A DNA stretch of 45,985 bases, from sequence record CP052943.1; one strand, written 5' to 3'. The position numbers and the translations under genes were made by a program. Below are positions 1 through 8,968 of the stretch, one piece after another (the stretch's first letter is position 1; every line of letters begins with the position of its first letter). This DNA comes from a plasmid. The notes below the pieces were generated by a model, which was not told the origin of the DNA, made no database searches, and saw only the letters and a program-made list of their open reading frames with translations.

Positions 1-953
1 AATTACCTAAAGTTTTTTTTACAAATGAAACTTACAAAAAACTATCTTTAGAAGCAAAAGTCGCTTATTCGATTTTACGTGATCGCTTAGAATTATCCTT
101 ACAAAATGATTGGGTAGATAGTGAGGAAAATATTTATTTTATTTATACCAATGAAAATTTGATGGAAATACTAAATCTAGGTAAAAATAAAGTGGTTAAA
201 ATTAAAAAAGAATTAGAAAGTGTTAATTTATTAAGACAAAAAAGATTAGGTTTGAATAAACCTAACATGCTATATTTAATTAAACCAGAAGTTACAAAAG
301 ATGATATCTATAAAATCCAAAACGAAGAAAAGTCGAATAAATCCACTGATGACAAGGAAGTTTACAAAACAAACTTCCAGAAGTTGGCTGAACAAACTTC
401 CGGAAGTTTACAAAACAAACTTCCAGAAGTTTGTGAGACAAACTCTAATGATACTGAGTTTAGTGATACTGAGTTTAGTGATACTGAGTTTAGTGATACG
501 CATGATATGAATGATGTAAATAATATTAAGAGTACGTCCAACACTGTTCTCCATTCAAATCATTCAAATCATCAATCTCAAACATCTGATATTTTATCTA
601 AACAAGAAGAAGCACGTTATGAATTACAAGAGTTCCCTGAACATCTAGCAACGTATCTAATGAATTATTCTTTATCAGAAATTCAAATTATAAAAGGTAT
701 CATCTTAAAAGCAAAGCGTTCTTTTCATGATGAACGTGCTGATGAAATTGTTATGCCTTATACACTTGAAAATATTGAAGATGAACTTATTGATGTACTA
801 AAACGTTTTAGAATTATCCTAAAGAAAAAGAATGAATCTGTTCAATCTATGCAAAGCTATTTAATGCGCTGCATTAAATCTGAATTTGAAGAAATACATG
901 TTCTTACTAAACGTCAACAAAATATGTCTCAAAGTAATATGTTTGGTCTATAA
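1..953 (+). CDS. rep: RepA_N-family plasmid replication initiator. 5' end is cut by the window start; reading frame begins at nt 3 and continues in frame from 45934..45985 if circular
   Basis: In-frame translation from nt 3 gives LPKVFFTNETYKKLSLEAKVAYSILRDRLELSLQNDWVDSEENIYFIYTNENLMEILNLGKNKVVKIKKELESVNLLRQKRLGLNKPNMLYLIKPEV, a textbook RepA_N N-terminal domain of staphylococcal theta plasmids. No stop until 953. Confidence 0.85.
   Translation, partial: LPKVFFTNETYKKLSLEAKVAYSILRDRLELSLQNDWVDSEENIYFIYTNENLMEILNLGKNKVVKIKKELESVNLLRQKRLGLNKPNMLYLIKPEVTKDDIYKIQNEEKSNKSTDDKEVYKTNFQKLAEQTSGSLQNKLPEVCETNSNDTEFSDTEFSDTEFSDTHDMNDVNNIKSTSNTVLHSNHSNHQSQTSDILSKQEEARYELQEFPEHLATYLMNYSLSEIQIIKGIILKAKRSFHDERADEIVMPYTLENIEDELIDVLKRFRIILKKKNESVQSMQSYLMRCIKSEFEEIHVLTKRQQNMSQSNMFGL
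355..500. repeat. Iteron-like direct repeats inside rep coding sequence; candidate oriV/Rep-box region
   Basis: tttacaaaacaaacttccagaagtt occurs twice (361-385, 407-431) with a half copy between them, then gatactgagtttagt x3 (451-495). RepA_N plasmids typically place the origin within the central part of rep. Confidence 0.5.
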
Positions 954-968
954 CAAGGAGGTGTTAAA

Positions 969-1190
969 ATGGCTAAAAATACATATAACGAATCAATGTA
1001 TCAAGATTATATCGGACAGCAAGTGATTTTTTATCTATTTACTGAAAAGCGTATAATAGCTACCATCAAGGAAGAAAGACGCTTTGAATTACTTATTGAA
1101 AGAAAAGTTAAATATAAAAATTCCGGTAAAATCGAGCAAAAGAAGACCATTTTACCGAAAAGCGCAATAATTTTTGCGGATTTAAAATAA
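969..1190 (+). CDS. Hypothetical 73-aa protein
   Basis: Strong SD (aaggaggtg) 7 nt upstream of ATG; no recognisable motif. Confidence 0.5.
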   Translation: MAKNTYNESMYQDYIGQQVIFYLFTEKRIIATIKEERRFELLIERKVKYKNSGKIEQKKTILPKSAIIFADLK

Positions 1191-1287
1191 ATCACTATGT
1201 TAAGTTTTTGTAAAACGAAATAACCTGATATTGCAGTGTTTATAATGGTTTGTTAAAATTAATATGTAAGATTGAAAAGGTGGTCAG

Positions 1288-1686
1288 ATGTTTTACAATA
1301 AGCGAACGCAATCGCTATATGATTTAAACTATTATTTAGTTATAGCAACTAATCAAAAGAAATCTTATATTTCTGAAAAACAATCAACACTTTTGAAACG
1401 GCACTTTTTAAAAGTGGCAAAAACATATAGTGTTCATTTGCTTTATTGGGAATATCATGATTTTTACATAGAAATATCCTTTTCTGTAGACAAAGGACAA
1501 ACTTCTGTTTCTGACTTTGTTGCAGTTTTTAAGTCTACTTCATCGTTTAATATTAAAAAATACTTTCCAGAAATTTTAGATGAACGTATAGAAAGTAAAC
1601 CGTTTTGGAATAAAGGTTATTTCTTAAAAACACTAGGTAGCGTTAGTGAGAAAGAAAAAGATGAATGGTTAAAAAAATTGAAGTAA
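1288..1686 (+). CDS. IS200/IS605-family Y1 (HUH) transposase TnpA homolog, 132 aa, HUH motif apparently incomplete
   Basis: YYLVIATNQKKSYIS...SFSVDKGQTSVSDFVAVFKSTSS...FWNKGYFLKTLGSVS follows the IS200 TnpA layout, including the C-terminal catalytic Tyr context. The HuH position reads YHDFY (single His). Confidence 0.55.
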   Translation: MFYNKRTQSLYDLNYYLVIATNQKKSYISEKQSTLLKRHFLKVAKTYSVHLLYWEYHDFYIEISFSVDKGQTSVSDFVAVFKSTSSFNIKKYFPEILDERIESKPFWNKGYFLKTLGSVSEKEKDEWLKKLK

Positions 1687-1699
1687 AAGGTGTGTGTGA

Positions 1700-2206
1700 T
1701 TGTTGAACAAAAAACAAGGTTTAATAGCAATCATTGTTGGTTGTAGTGTGATATTAGGCGCTTGTCAAGGTGGTCATGATGATCCGTTAGCTAACAAGAA
1801 ATATAAAGTTGAAGATACGGATTATAGTATATCGTTTAACGGCAAAGATCGTGCAACGATGTCATGGACGGAAGGTGCACCAGACAACATGATTAAAGAC
1901 TCAACACCATTTAATTACGAAATTAAGAAGGATGCAGGCAAGAAATTTTTAGTGCTAGAACGAGACTCCTCAGAATTTCCAGATGGATATAAAGATGAAC
2001 TACATTTTTATGATGACCGTAGTATAGACTATGATCATAGCAAATACTATGAAGTTTATGAAATAAAAGAGAAAAATAAAGATGACATCACTTTAACTGA
2101 AAAAGATTTGCAGAAATCAATTAATGATAGGGAAATAGATAAAAAATTATTTAAACATCCTGATAAGAGTGAAGATGGAAGAGATTTAGCTCTGACTAAA
2201 CAGTAA
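1700..2206 (+). CDS. Lipoprotein (lipobox LGAC), TTG start
   Basis: N-terminus MLNKKQGLIAIIVGCSVILGAC-QGG is a classical lipoprotein signal peptide. Confidence 0.6.
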   Translation: MLNKKQGLIAIIVGCSVILGACQGGHDDPLANKKYKVEDTDYSISFNGKDRATMSWTEGAPDNMIKDSTPFNYEIKKDAGKKFLVLERDSSEFPDGYKDELHFYDDRSIDYDHSKYYEVYEIKEKNKDDITLTEKDLQKSINDREIDKKLFKHPDKSEDGRDLALTKQ

Positions 2207-2423
2207 ATATCTCTAAAAGTATTGTAAAACAATTACATTAAAGATATATTATAGATATGTAATTAAGCTTCAACCATAAAAAAGAAAAGAAGGTGTGCGA
2301 TACAGCAGTCGTGTGTAAGCTGTACGCATTAGTGCTAACCAACGTTGCAAATAGCACCTTTCACCTTCTCAAATATATATAATGATATAGACAATACTTA
2401 TTTGTCAATATTTGAGAAATCTG

Positions 2424-2460
2424 AAAGGTTACGCTTTGTGTTAGCGTAACTTTCTTTTTA
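2424..2460 (+). terminator. Rho-independent terminator-like hairpin
   Basis: aggttacgctttgtgttagcgtaacttt stem followed by a T-run. Confidence 0.5.
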
Positions 2461-2575
2461 TTTAGTAAACAAATGTGTGAAATTCTTGTATATATGCAAT
2501 ATGTTATACGACTTTTTTTGATTTTGATAATCATTAAAGGTCATCTATGATGTGCTTTTTTAATTTTAAAAATAA
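2459..2575 (+). promoter_or_regulatory. Conserved roughly 105-bp promoter/operator block (copy A) upstream of the T4SS operon
   Basis: Near-identical to 18393-18502: tttagtaaacaaaKgtgtgaa...ttgtatatatgca...tatacgac...ttttttgattt...atcattaa. Contains TTGATA-N16-TATGAT. Confidence 0.6.
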
Positions 2576-2578
2576 AGG

Positions 2579-2872
2579 ATGAGATCAATGCAACCATTAT
2601 TTAAAAAAAGTGAGATTAAGAGAGATATTGAAAATAGGGGAATGAATTTTAAGGAATGGAGCGAACAAGTAATTCAAGAAAAAAGACTTGCCATCTTAGA
2701 TAAAGCGAAACCTTACTATACAGAATGGGAACTTGAAGTTATGAATAACGCATACATTGAACTTTTAAAAGAGAAAATGAAAGAAAGTAAAAAAGCAAAA
2801 GACATTAAAGATAATCAAGATTTACAACAGGATAAAGAAAATGATTCTGACGTGAAAGGAGGTGGAATTTAA
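2579..2872 (+). CDS. Hypothetical protein, first gene of transfer operon
   Basis: ORF with SD; basic/acidic 97 aa; stop overlaps next start. Confidence 0.5.
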   Translation: MRSMQPLFKKSEIKRDIENRGMNFKEWSEQVIQEKRLAILDKAKPYYTEWELEVMNNAYIELLKEKMKESKKAKDIKDNQDLQQDKENDSDVKGGGI

Positions 2873-3189
2873 TGGAACTAATGCACGTCGTTTTGTTCAA
2901 TTATTTGCATCTTGACGGTTTACTAGATTTCATGACGCATTATTTACAAATGCATGATATTTGGACGAACTTGAGCCGTATGTTCAGAAAAATCTTGCGT
3001 GGACTTAAAACAATTGCGGTTCCCGGTGGATTTATAGGGGTTGCGATTGGTGGTCTTTATTACATCTTCGGAGGAGAACAAGGTAAGCACACAGCTAAAG
3101 TTTGGTGGTTAAGTACCTTGATTGGTGTTGCCATAGTTATGGGTGCAGATGCAATTGTTAATTGGGTTTCACATAATGCGAAATTCTAA
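2872..3189 (+). CDS. Small two-TM membrane protein (possible T4SS small subunit)
   Basis: Hydrophobic segments GGFIGVAIGGLYYIFGG and WWLSTLIGVAIVMGADAIV. Confidence 0.45.
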   Translation: MELMHVVLFNYLHLDGLLDFMTHYLQMHDIWTNLSRMFRKILRGLKTIAVPGGFIGVAIGGLYYIFGGEQGKHTAKVWWLSTLIGVAIVMGADAIVNWVSHNAKF

Positions 3190-3310
3190 CAAACAAAAAC
3201 TTTTTGCATAAAAAAAGTCCCTGCACGCTTGCAGGGGCAATATGTGAAATAATCAACGTCTTTAAAATACCATAAAAAGTATTAAATAGTAAATAAAATG
3301 AGGTGATTTT

Positions 3311-5395
3311 TTGCTTATAGGAAAGATACTAAACATCACAAATGACAAGCAACTAGACATGCTAAAGATTAAATATCAAAAAGAATACTCTTTGGAAAAG
3401 ATTGATGATTTTGTCAAAAGTATTTTATCTACTGCAAAAGCAATTAAGGATGAAGAAAATAAAGATATTAACTTTTCAATAAAGTTGATTATATTAGATA
3501 GCGAAACAAAAGCAATTAGATTTGATACAAAACCTAATGAATCTATCAACATTAATGCTAAACTCCCTGATAATACAACACTCAAATCATTATTGTTAGA
3601 AGAAATTGAATTACAAAGATATGATTTCGAAGGTAAAGATAAGAACTTTGACGAGGAAAAAGAAAAGTTTCTAAAAGACTTTGATGAAAGTTATGATGGC
3701 AAAGTTTCCAGAGAATTAGATGAAAAATCTTTTGGTAAAGTGCCTTGGTATAAGAAATTAAGCAATACCCTTTTTAAAGAAAATAAGAAAAAAGATAAAC
3801 AAATACAATATCCTCAGTCGCACGTTAGAGATGTGTTTAGAGAAGAGTCAGATGTTTCTAAAAATAAAAAAGAAGAAAATCCTATTATTTCTCAAAATAC
3901 TGAATCCGATGAAAAACTCGAAGATGAAATAAATGCAAATGAATCTAAAGAAGAATCAAACGAAGAAACAGATAACATTGAGGAATCCGAAGATACAGAA
4001 GAAACAGATAATTTAGAAGATAATAAAGGATTTAAAAATAATGAACCAGAAAGAGAATCAACACAAAATACATCTGAATCAATCAACGACAATTCCAATT
4101 TTTATCAACTTCCATTAAAAATTCCAGAATATAAAGAACAAAAACCAACCATGAGACATTCAGATGATCCCTTTGAACAAAAGCAAAATGAATATATTTA
4201 TGATCGACTTTTAAATAAAGAATCGTATAAATCCTCGTTGTATGAGGAATTAGGACATCGACTTGAATACCAATTTGTGGTTTACGTTGGTAATAAGAAG
4301 AAACACATAGATGAGATTGTTGCTTCTAATGAAATGACTCAAGAAGAGTTTGATAATCAAACTCAAGAAATAACAAATAGTATACAGCAGGATACTGAAC
4401 AACAAATAAATCAGTTTGAAACAACCCAACAAGAAAATTTAGAACAATTTACTAATCAGCAAGATAAAGATTTAAACAGATTTAAGGACAAGCAACAGGA
4501 CGATTTAAAGCAATATCAAAGTGACTTGTACAGAGATAAACAAGACTATCTAAAAAAAGTTAATGAAGAACAAGAAATGAGAATCTCTAATGAGCAAATA
4601 AGGCTTGTTGAATCTAATAATCATAGATTAAACAATATAGTCGCTCAAGAAGAACAAGAGTACGATTTTAAAATTAAAGAGGCTCTAAATGAAGATTGTA
4701 AGAAGTTGATAGATGAAATCGACGAAAAGCTTTTTGAATTCGATGATAAAACTTATCGTCAGTTGCTACATAAACGTGAGACATGGAAAGAAGAAATAAG
4801 ACAGGCTAAACAGTTAGAAATTCAAGAAGAACAAGCTAAAAATGAGAAATTAAAAATACAAAAGCATATTAAAGATCAAGAGGCTATTATAGCTCAACAA
4901 AAACAAGAAGAACAAGAAATAGAACGTATTAAAGAAGAAAAAGAGAAATTAGCTGAAAAAAATAAAGAATCTGAACTTCAATTAGAATTAGCTAGAACGA
5001 AAAATGAAAAAGAACGTTTGGCTCAGGAAGACAGACGTATTAGTGACTCTGAAAAACAAACGAGTCTCAGAGAACAAGAACTTTTTCAAGCAAAGCAGAA
5101 AAGTTCGAATTTTAATGAAGTACTAATGGCTCAAGTTATGAATAGTAACAAAAAAGAGACACCTACATCTCAACTTCCTGAACCTAGTAAAAGTTCAAAG
5201 AAAACAAATCAAACTAATACGAATGAAAGTAGCATCATGAAAACAATAGGAATATTTTTAATATCTGCTGTTGTTCTTATTGGCATTTTTTTAGGTGGTT
5301 TCTTTGCTGATCATTACTTTCATTTCTTAAACTGCTTGCCAATCACAACAAATCATCTTCAATTGATTGAGCCTCCGTTTCAATTGTTGAAATAA
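3311..5395 (+). CDS. 694-aa coiled-coil conjugation protein with C-terminal TM anchor (TTG start)
   Basis: Long E/K/Q-rich heptad-like region; C-terminal IMKTIGIFLISAVVLIGIFLGGFF TM. Confidence 0.55.
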   Translation: MLIGKILNITNDKQLDMLKIKYQKEYSLEKIDDFVKSILSTAKAIKDEENKDINFSIKLIILDSETKAIRFDTKPNESININAKLPDNTTLKSLLLEEIELQRYDFEGKDKNFDEEKEKFLKDFDESYDGKVSRELDEKSFGKVPWYKKLSNTLFKENKKKDKQIQYPQSHVRDVFREESDVSKNKKEENPIISQNTESDEKLEDEINANESKEESNEETDNIEESEDTEETDNLEDNKGFKNNEPERESTQNTSESINDNSNFYQLPLKIPEYKEQKPTMRHSDDPFEQKQNEYIYDRLLNKESYKSSLYEELGHRLEYQFVVYVGNKKKHIDEIVASNEMTQEEFDNQTQEITNSIQQDTEQQINQFETTQQENLEQFTNQQDKDLNRFKDKQQDDLKQYQSDLYRDKQDYLKKVNEEQEMRISNEQIRLVESNNHRLNNIVAQEEQEYDFKIKEALNEDCKKLIDEIDEKLFEFDDKTYRQLLHKRETWKEEIRQAKQLEIQEEQAKNEKLKIQKHIKDQEAIIAQQKQEEQEIERIKEEKEKLAEKNKESELQLELARTKNEKERLAQEDRRISDSEKQTSLREQELFQAKQKSSNFNEVLMAQVMNSNKKETPTSQLPEPSKSSKKTNQTNTNESSIMKTIGIFLISAVVLIGIFLGGFFADHYFHFLNCLPITTNHLQLIEPPFQLLK

Positions 5396-5414
5396 ATAAG
5401 AAAGGATTTTGTTA

Positions 5415-6395
5415 ATGTTATTAAATTTAATTCACTTAAATATTAAAGATGCGACACAATCAATGTATTTAAAAGATAGAGGAACGCTATATTTTACTGA
5501 TGAACAACAAGCGACCTACTTAGTGAATCAACATATTGATATAATTAAATCCATTTTGCAGAAAATCCAAACAAATCCTTATGTTGAAGTATTCATAGAA
5601 CAAAATGTCGCTAAAGAAATTAACAATAATTTATTTTTAATAGATAATATCGAGACTTTAAGAGTATATGAACCTTTTAAAGTCGATGAAAAAAGTCAAT
5701 CCTATGATGATCATGTACTAGAAGAACATATGATTCCAAAAGATAGTGACGTAAAAGAAGAATCAACTGATAAACATGAGAGAGATAATACTGAAACTCA
5801 AGAATCAAATTCAATAGAAAATACGAATGAATTAGAAGAAGCATTAGATGAAAAATCTGAAGATGAAAGTGAAATAAAAGATACAGAAAAATCTAAGGAA
5901 AATTCAGATGATAATAACTTTAAACAGTTACAACAAGAATCAAAAAGTGTTGATGAGGATGATGAGATTGAAGAAACGGCTCAACAGAATTTGTCAATTA
6001 GTCAAATATACGAAATGATTTCAAGCTTAGATAGTTACGAAAATAAAAATAACATTGAGCAAGTGGGAGAAGTTCTAAGCGAACAATTTATGATTAGAAA
6101 CGCCAACAACAATGAATACTTAACTAAAGATAAGAGAGAAAGTATTCTTAAAGGTTTACTACTCCATCTCTTTAATGAAAGACATCTTAAAGGTGTTGAA
6201 ACAGATATGACACATGCTTTCAACGAATTTAATATTAATGACATTTTAAAAGAAAAATTCAAAGACACACTTAAAGAGCAACTACATCAAATGGACTCAC
6301 AAGATATTGAGTATTTTATTTTTAATAACTTTTATCGATCAATCAAAGACCTTTCCATAAAAGAGAATGATTTGAAAATCGAAAAAAGAAATTAG
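5415..6395 (+). CDS. Acidic hypothetical protein (about 326 aa)
   Basis: SD aaagga before ATG at 5415; D/E-rich middle region. Confidence 0.5.
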   Translation: MLLNLIHLNIKDATQSMYLKDRGTLYFTDEQQATYLVNQHIDIIKSILQKIQTNPYVEVFIEQNVAKEINNNLFLIDNIETLRVYEPFKVDEKSQSYDDHVLEEHMIPKDSDVKEESTDKHERDNTETQESNSIENTNELEEALDEKSEDESEIKDTEKSKENSDDNNFKQLQQESKSVDEDDEIEETAQQNLSISQIYEMISSLDSYENKNNIEQVGEVLSEQFMIRNANNNEYLTKDKRESILKGLLLHLFNERHLKGVETDMTHAFNEFNINDILKEKFKDTLKEQLHQMDSQDIEYFIFNNFYRSIKDLSIKENDLKIEKRN

Positions 6396-6403
6396 GTGAA
6401 ACA

Positions 6404-8968
6404 ATGGAAAACCAAGTAAAAATTCATAAAGAGGTCGATAAGTCAAAACAAGAACCTCTTGATGTTACCGAAATGATTTTTGGTAATAAATTGTATTTTA
6501 CTTTAATTTGTATAGGCATTGCATTAATCACATCATTAGCTATCAATTATCTAATCAATGTGTTTTATAGTTCCTTTATTCTAAAGTCTGGAAATATTTT
6601 AGAAAAGGCACAATTTTTTCCAACAGCATTAAAACAAATAAGAAATGTTTTTATCATTAACTTTTCAATTATCTTAATTCCTTTATTACTCACAATCATT
6701 GCATTTGTATTTTTAGGAAGAAAACTTTACATGATTTATAGAAAATATCGAAAACTTGATTACGGACAATATGGAGACTCAGAATTTGTGCCTTTAAAAG
6801 AGCTAAAAAAAGAATATAAAACAGTGTTTCAACAAGAAGAACGGTACTCAGGTCAGGCAGGGTTTCCAATCACACATTTTGATAATAAATATTTAATTGA
6901 TACAGAAACGCACAATCAATTAATCGTTGGAACGTCTCGATCAGGTAAAACAGAAATGGTTGTTTTTCCAGCAATAGATATAGATTCTAGAGCTGAATAT
7001 CAGCCATCATTGGTTATTGGAGACACTAAGGGAGAACTTTATAGTGGCAGTGCTGATACTTTAATAGAGAGAGGATATGAGGTTCATAAACTTGATTTAA
7101 GTAGTCCCGATGATGGAATGAGCTATAATCCTCTAGAAATTATTAAAGAATTTTATGATAAAGGAAATGTTTCTAGAGCTGAAAAATATACCAATACATT
7201 AACAACAATGATGTTCCATGATCCAAATGCTAGAGATCCATTTTGGAATAACAGTGGGGCAAATTTAGTTAAAGCCATTATTCTTGCATTACTTGATAAG
7301 TGTTACTCAGAAAATCAACCAGAAAAAGTAACGATGTATAACGTTGCAAATATGCTAACAGAATTAGGCGGTAAGACTATTCACGAAAAAGTATTTCTTG
7401 ATGATGATAAAGAAGAAGTAGTTGAAAAAAATGCTCTAGATAGCTACTTTGAAAATTTACCACAAGGTCACATGGCTAAAAATGCATATGCACAAAGCAA
7501 TTTTGCGAAAGGTAATACACGTTCTAGTATCTTTAGTGTCGCTGCGGAAAAGTTAAATATATTTACTGAAGAAGAATTAGGTAAAATGACTTCGCATAAT
7601 GAATTGGATATGCGTAAAGTTGGTTTTAATCGAATTATTGATGTGCAGTATGATACATCGATGAAATACCTTAAAGGCAGTTATTATTTTACTGATACAG
7701 AAGGCAATTCTACTAAAAGAAAAGATATTGAACTTGATAACTTAGGAAATGTTCAAATCTTCTTTGATGAAGAAATTAAAACTGGTTATAGTCTTAATCT
7801 TGAAATATACAAACATGATGAAGTATATAGTCAATCTATTTTACACATGATGGACGTTGAAGATTCTGATAATAGTTATACAGTTTCACTTTTAGAAGAA
7901 GGCGAACAACCACACAATGTAGGAATTCATTATTCAAAAAAACCAGTAGCCATTTTCTTAGTGATACCCGATTATGATACATCTAACCATATTATTGCAA
8001 GTTACTTTATTTCTCAATTATATACGTTGCTTGCAGAAACAGCCTCATCTAAAGAAGTAACTAACTCTAAAACACAAAGACGAGTCATATTTAGACTTGA
8101 CGAATTTGGGAATCTGCCAGCTATTAATGATATGGATAATATCGTGACGGTATGTTTAGGGAGAAATATTATTTTTAATCTCTTTGTACAGTCTCTACAA
8201 CAATTACAAAATGTTTATGGGGAAAATACAGCGAAGATTATCGAGGGCAACTGTCAAAACTTAACTTATATTCTAACTTTAGATACCAATACGACAAAGA
8301 CTATTTCTGAACGGTGTGGTTATCATACGGTAACAACAAGAAATCAAACAAGTAATGACGGACAATCGTCTATATCTCGTTCAAGATCTCCAGAGAAACA
8401 ACCCCTTATAACAGAGACAGAATTACAACAAATTAAACGAGGAGATACGGTTGTCGTTCGTTCAACTGCTAGAACAAAAATTGAAAAAGGAAAGACAAGA
8501 AAAGTCCATCCACACCCTATTTATAATACTGGAAAAACAAGTATGCCGTTCCGTTATCAATTCTTGGGAAATCGTTTTGATCCTAATTTTACACCGAAAC
8601 AGGTTACACCTCCGAGACATAGAAATCTTGACCTAAAGTCGAATGTCATTGATTGGGAAACAATTGTCGATGAAAGTGTTTCTGAAAGAGAAGAAAAAGA
8701 AATCTTTGAACGTAAACACTATCTTTCAGACGTGTTAGAGCCTGAACCAATTTTCAAATTTAAAGAAATTTTAAGAAATGATTTCGACTTATCTCAACAG
8801 CAAGTTGAAGTTATTATTAATTCAAAAATTTCACAAGCAAAATTATATTTAGAAAACGGTTCAAAACATGTTGATAAAAGTCAACATTCAGAGGAAATTA
8901 GAAAATTATTTGATAATTGGATTAATTATCAAACGAAAGGAGGAGAGAACAATGAATCAGTGGGTTAA
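6404..8968 (+). CDS. Type IV coupling protein, VirD4/TraG/TcpA-like ATPase with N-terminal TM segments
   Basis: Two N-terminal TM helices, Walker A VGTSRSGKT, Walker B-like RRVIFRLDEFGNL. Confidence 0.8.
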   Translation: MENQVKIHKEVDKSKQEPLDVTEMIFGNKLYFTLICIGIALITSLAINYLINVFYSSFILKSGNILEKAQFFPTALKQIRNVFIINFSIILIPLLLTIIAFVFLGRKLYMIYRKYRKLDYGQYGDSEFVPLKELKKEYKTVFQQEERYSGQAGFPITHFDNKYLIDTETHNQLIVGTSRSGKTEMVVFPAIDIDSRAEYQPSLVIGDTKGELYSGSADTLIERGYEVHKLDLSSPDDGMSYNPLEIIKEFYDKGNVSRAEKYTNTLTTMMFHDPNARDPFWNNSGANLVKAIILALLDKCYSENQPEKVTMYNVANMLTELGGKTIHEKVFLDDDKEEVVEKNALDSYFENLPQGHMAKNAYAQSNFAKGNTRSSIFSVAAEKLNIFTEEELGKMTSHNELDMRKVGFNRIIDVQYDTSMKYLKGSYYFTDTEGNSTKRKDIELDNLGNVQIFFDEEIKTGYSLNLEIYKHDEVYSQSILHMMDVEDSDNSYTVSLLEEGEQPHNVGIHYSKKPVAIFLVIPDYDTSNHIIASYFISQLYTLLAETASSKEVTNSKTQRRVIFRLDEFGNLPAINDMDNIVTVCLGRNIIFNLFVQSLQQLQNVYGENTAKIIEGNCQNLTYILTLDTNTTKTISERCGYHTVTTRNQTSNDGQSSISRSRSPEKQPLITETELQQIKRGDTVVVRSTARTKIEKGKTRKVHPHPIYNTGKTSMPFRYQFLGNRFDPNFTPKQVTPPRHRNLDLKSNVIDWETIVDESVSEREEKEIFERKHYLSDVLEPEPIFKFKEILRNDFDLSQQQVEVIINSKISQAKLYLENGSKHVDKSQHSEEIRKLFDNWINYQTKGGENNESVG

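Noticed and set aside
355-500. Tandem repeats that could be mistaken for a short CRISPR array
   Set aside because: Only 2-3 units, no spacer-repeat regularity, located inside rep coding sequence; fits RepA_N in-gene iterons instead.
301-544. ORFs 301..510 (+) and 362..544 (-) with repetitive leucine/serine-rich translations
   Set aside because: They are alternative-frame and antisense readings of the iteron-like repeats inside rep; the RepA_N frame is continuous and clearly homologous.
3376-4432. Minus-strand ORFs 3376..3585, 3892..4098, 4250..4432 inside the 694-aa coiled-coil gene
   Set aside because: Antisense ORFs within a longer, well-supported plus-strand gene; low-complexity S/L-rich translations typical of antisense to E/K-rich coding sequence.
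8451-8636. Plus-strand ORF 8451..8636 inside the coupling-protein gene
   Set aside because: Alternative frame inside a gene with Walker motifs in the main frame.
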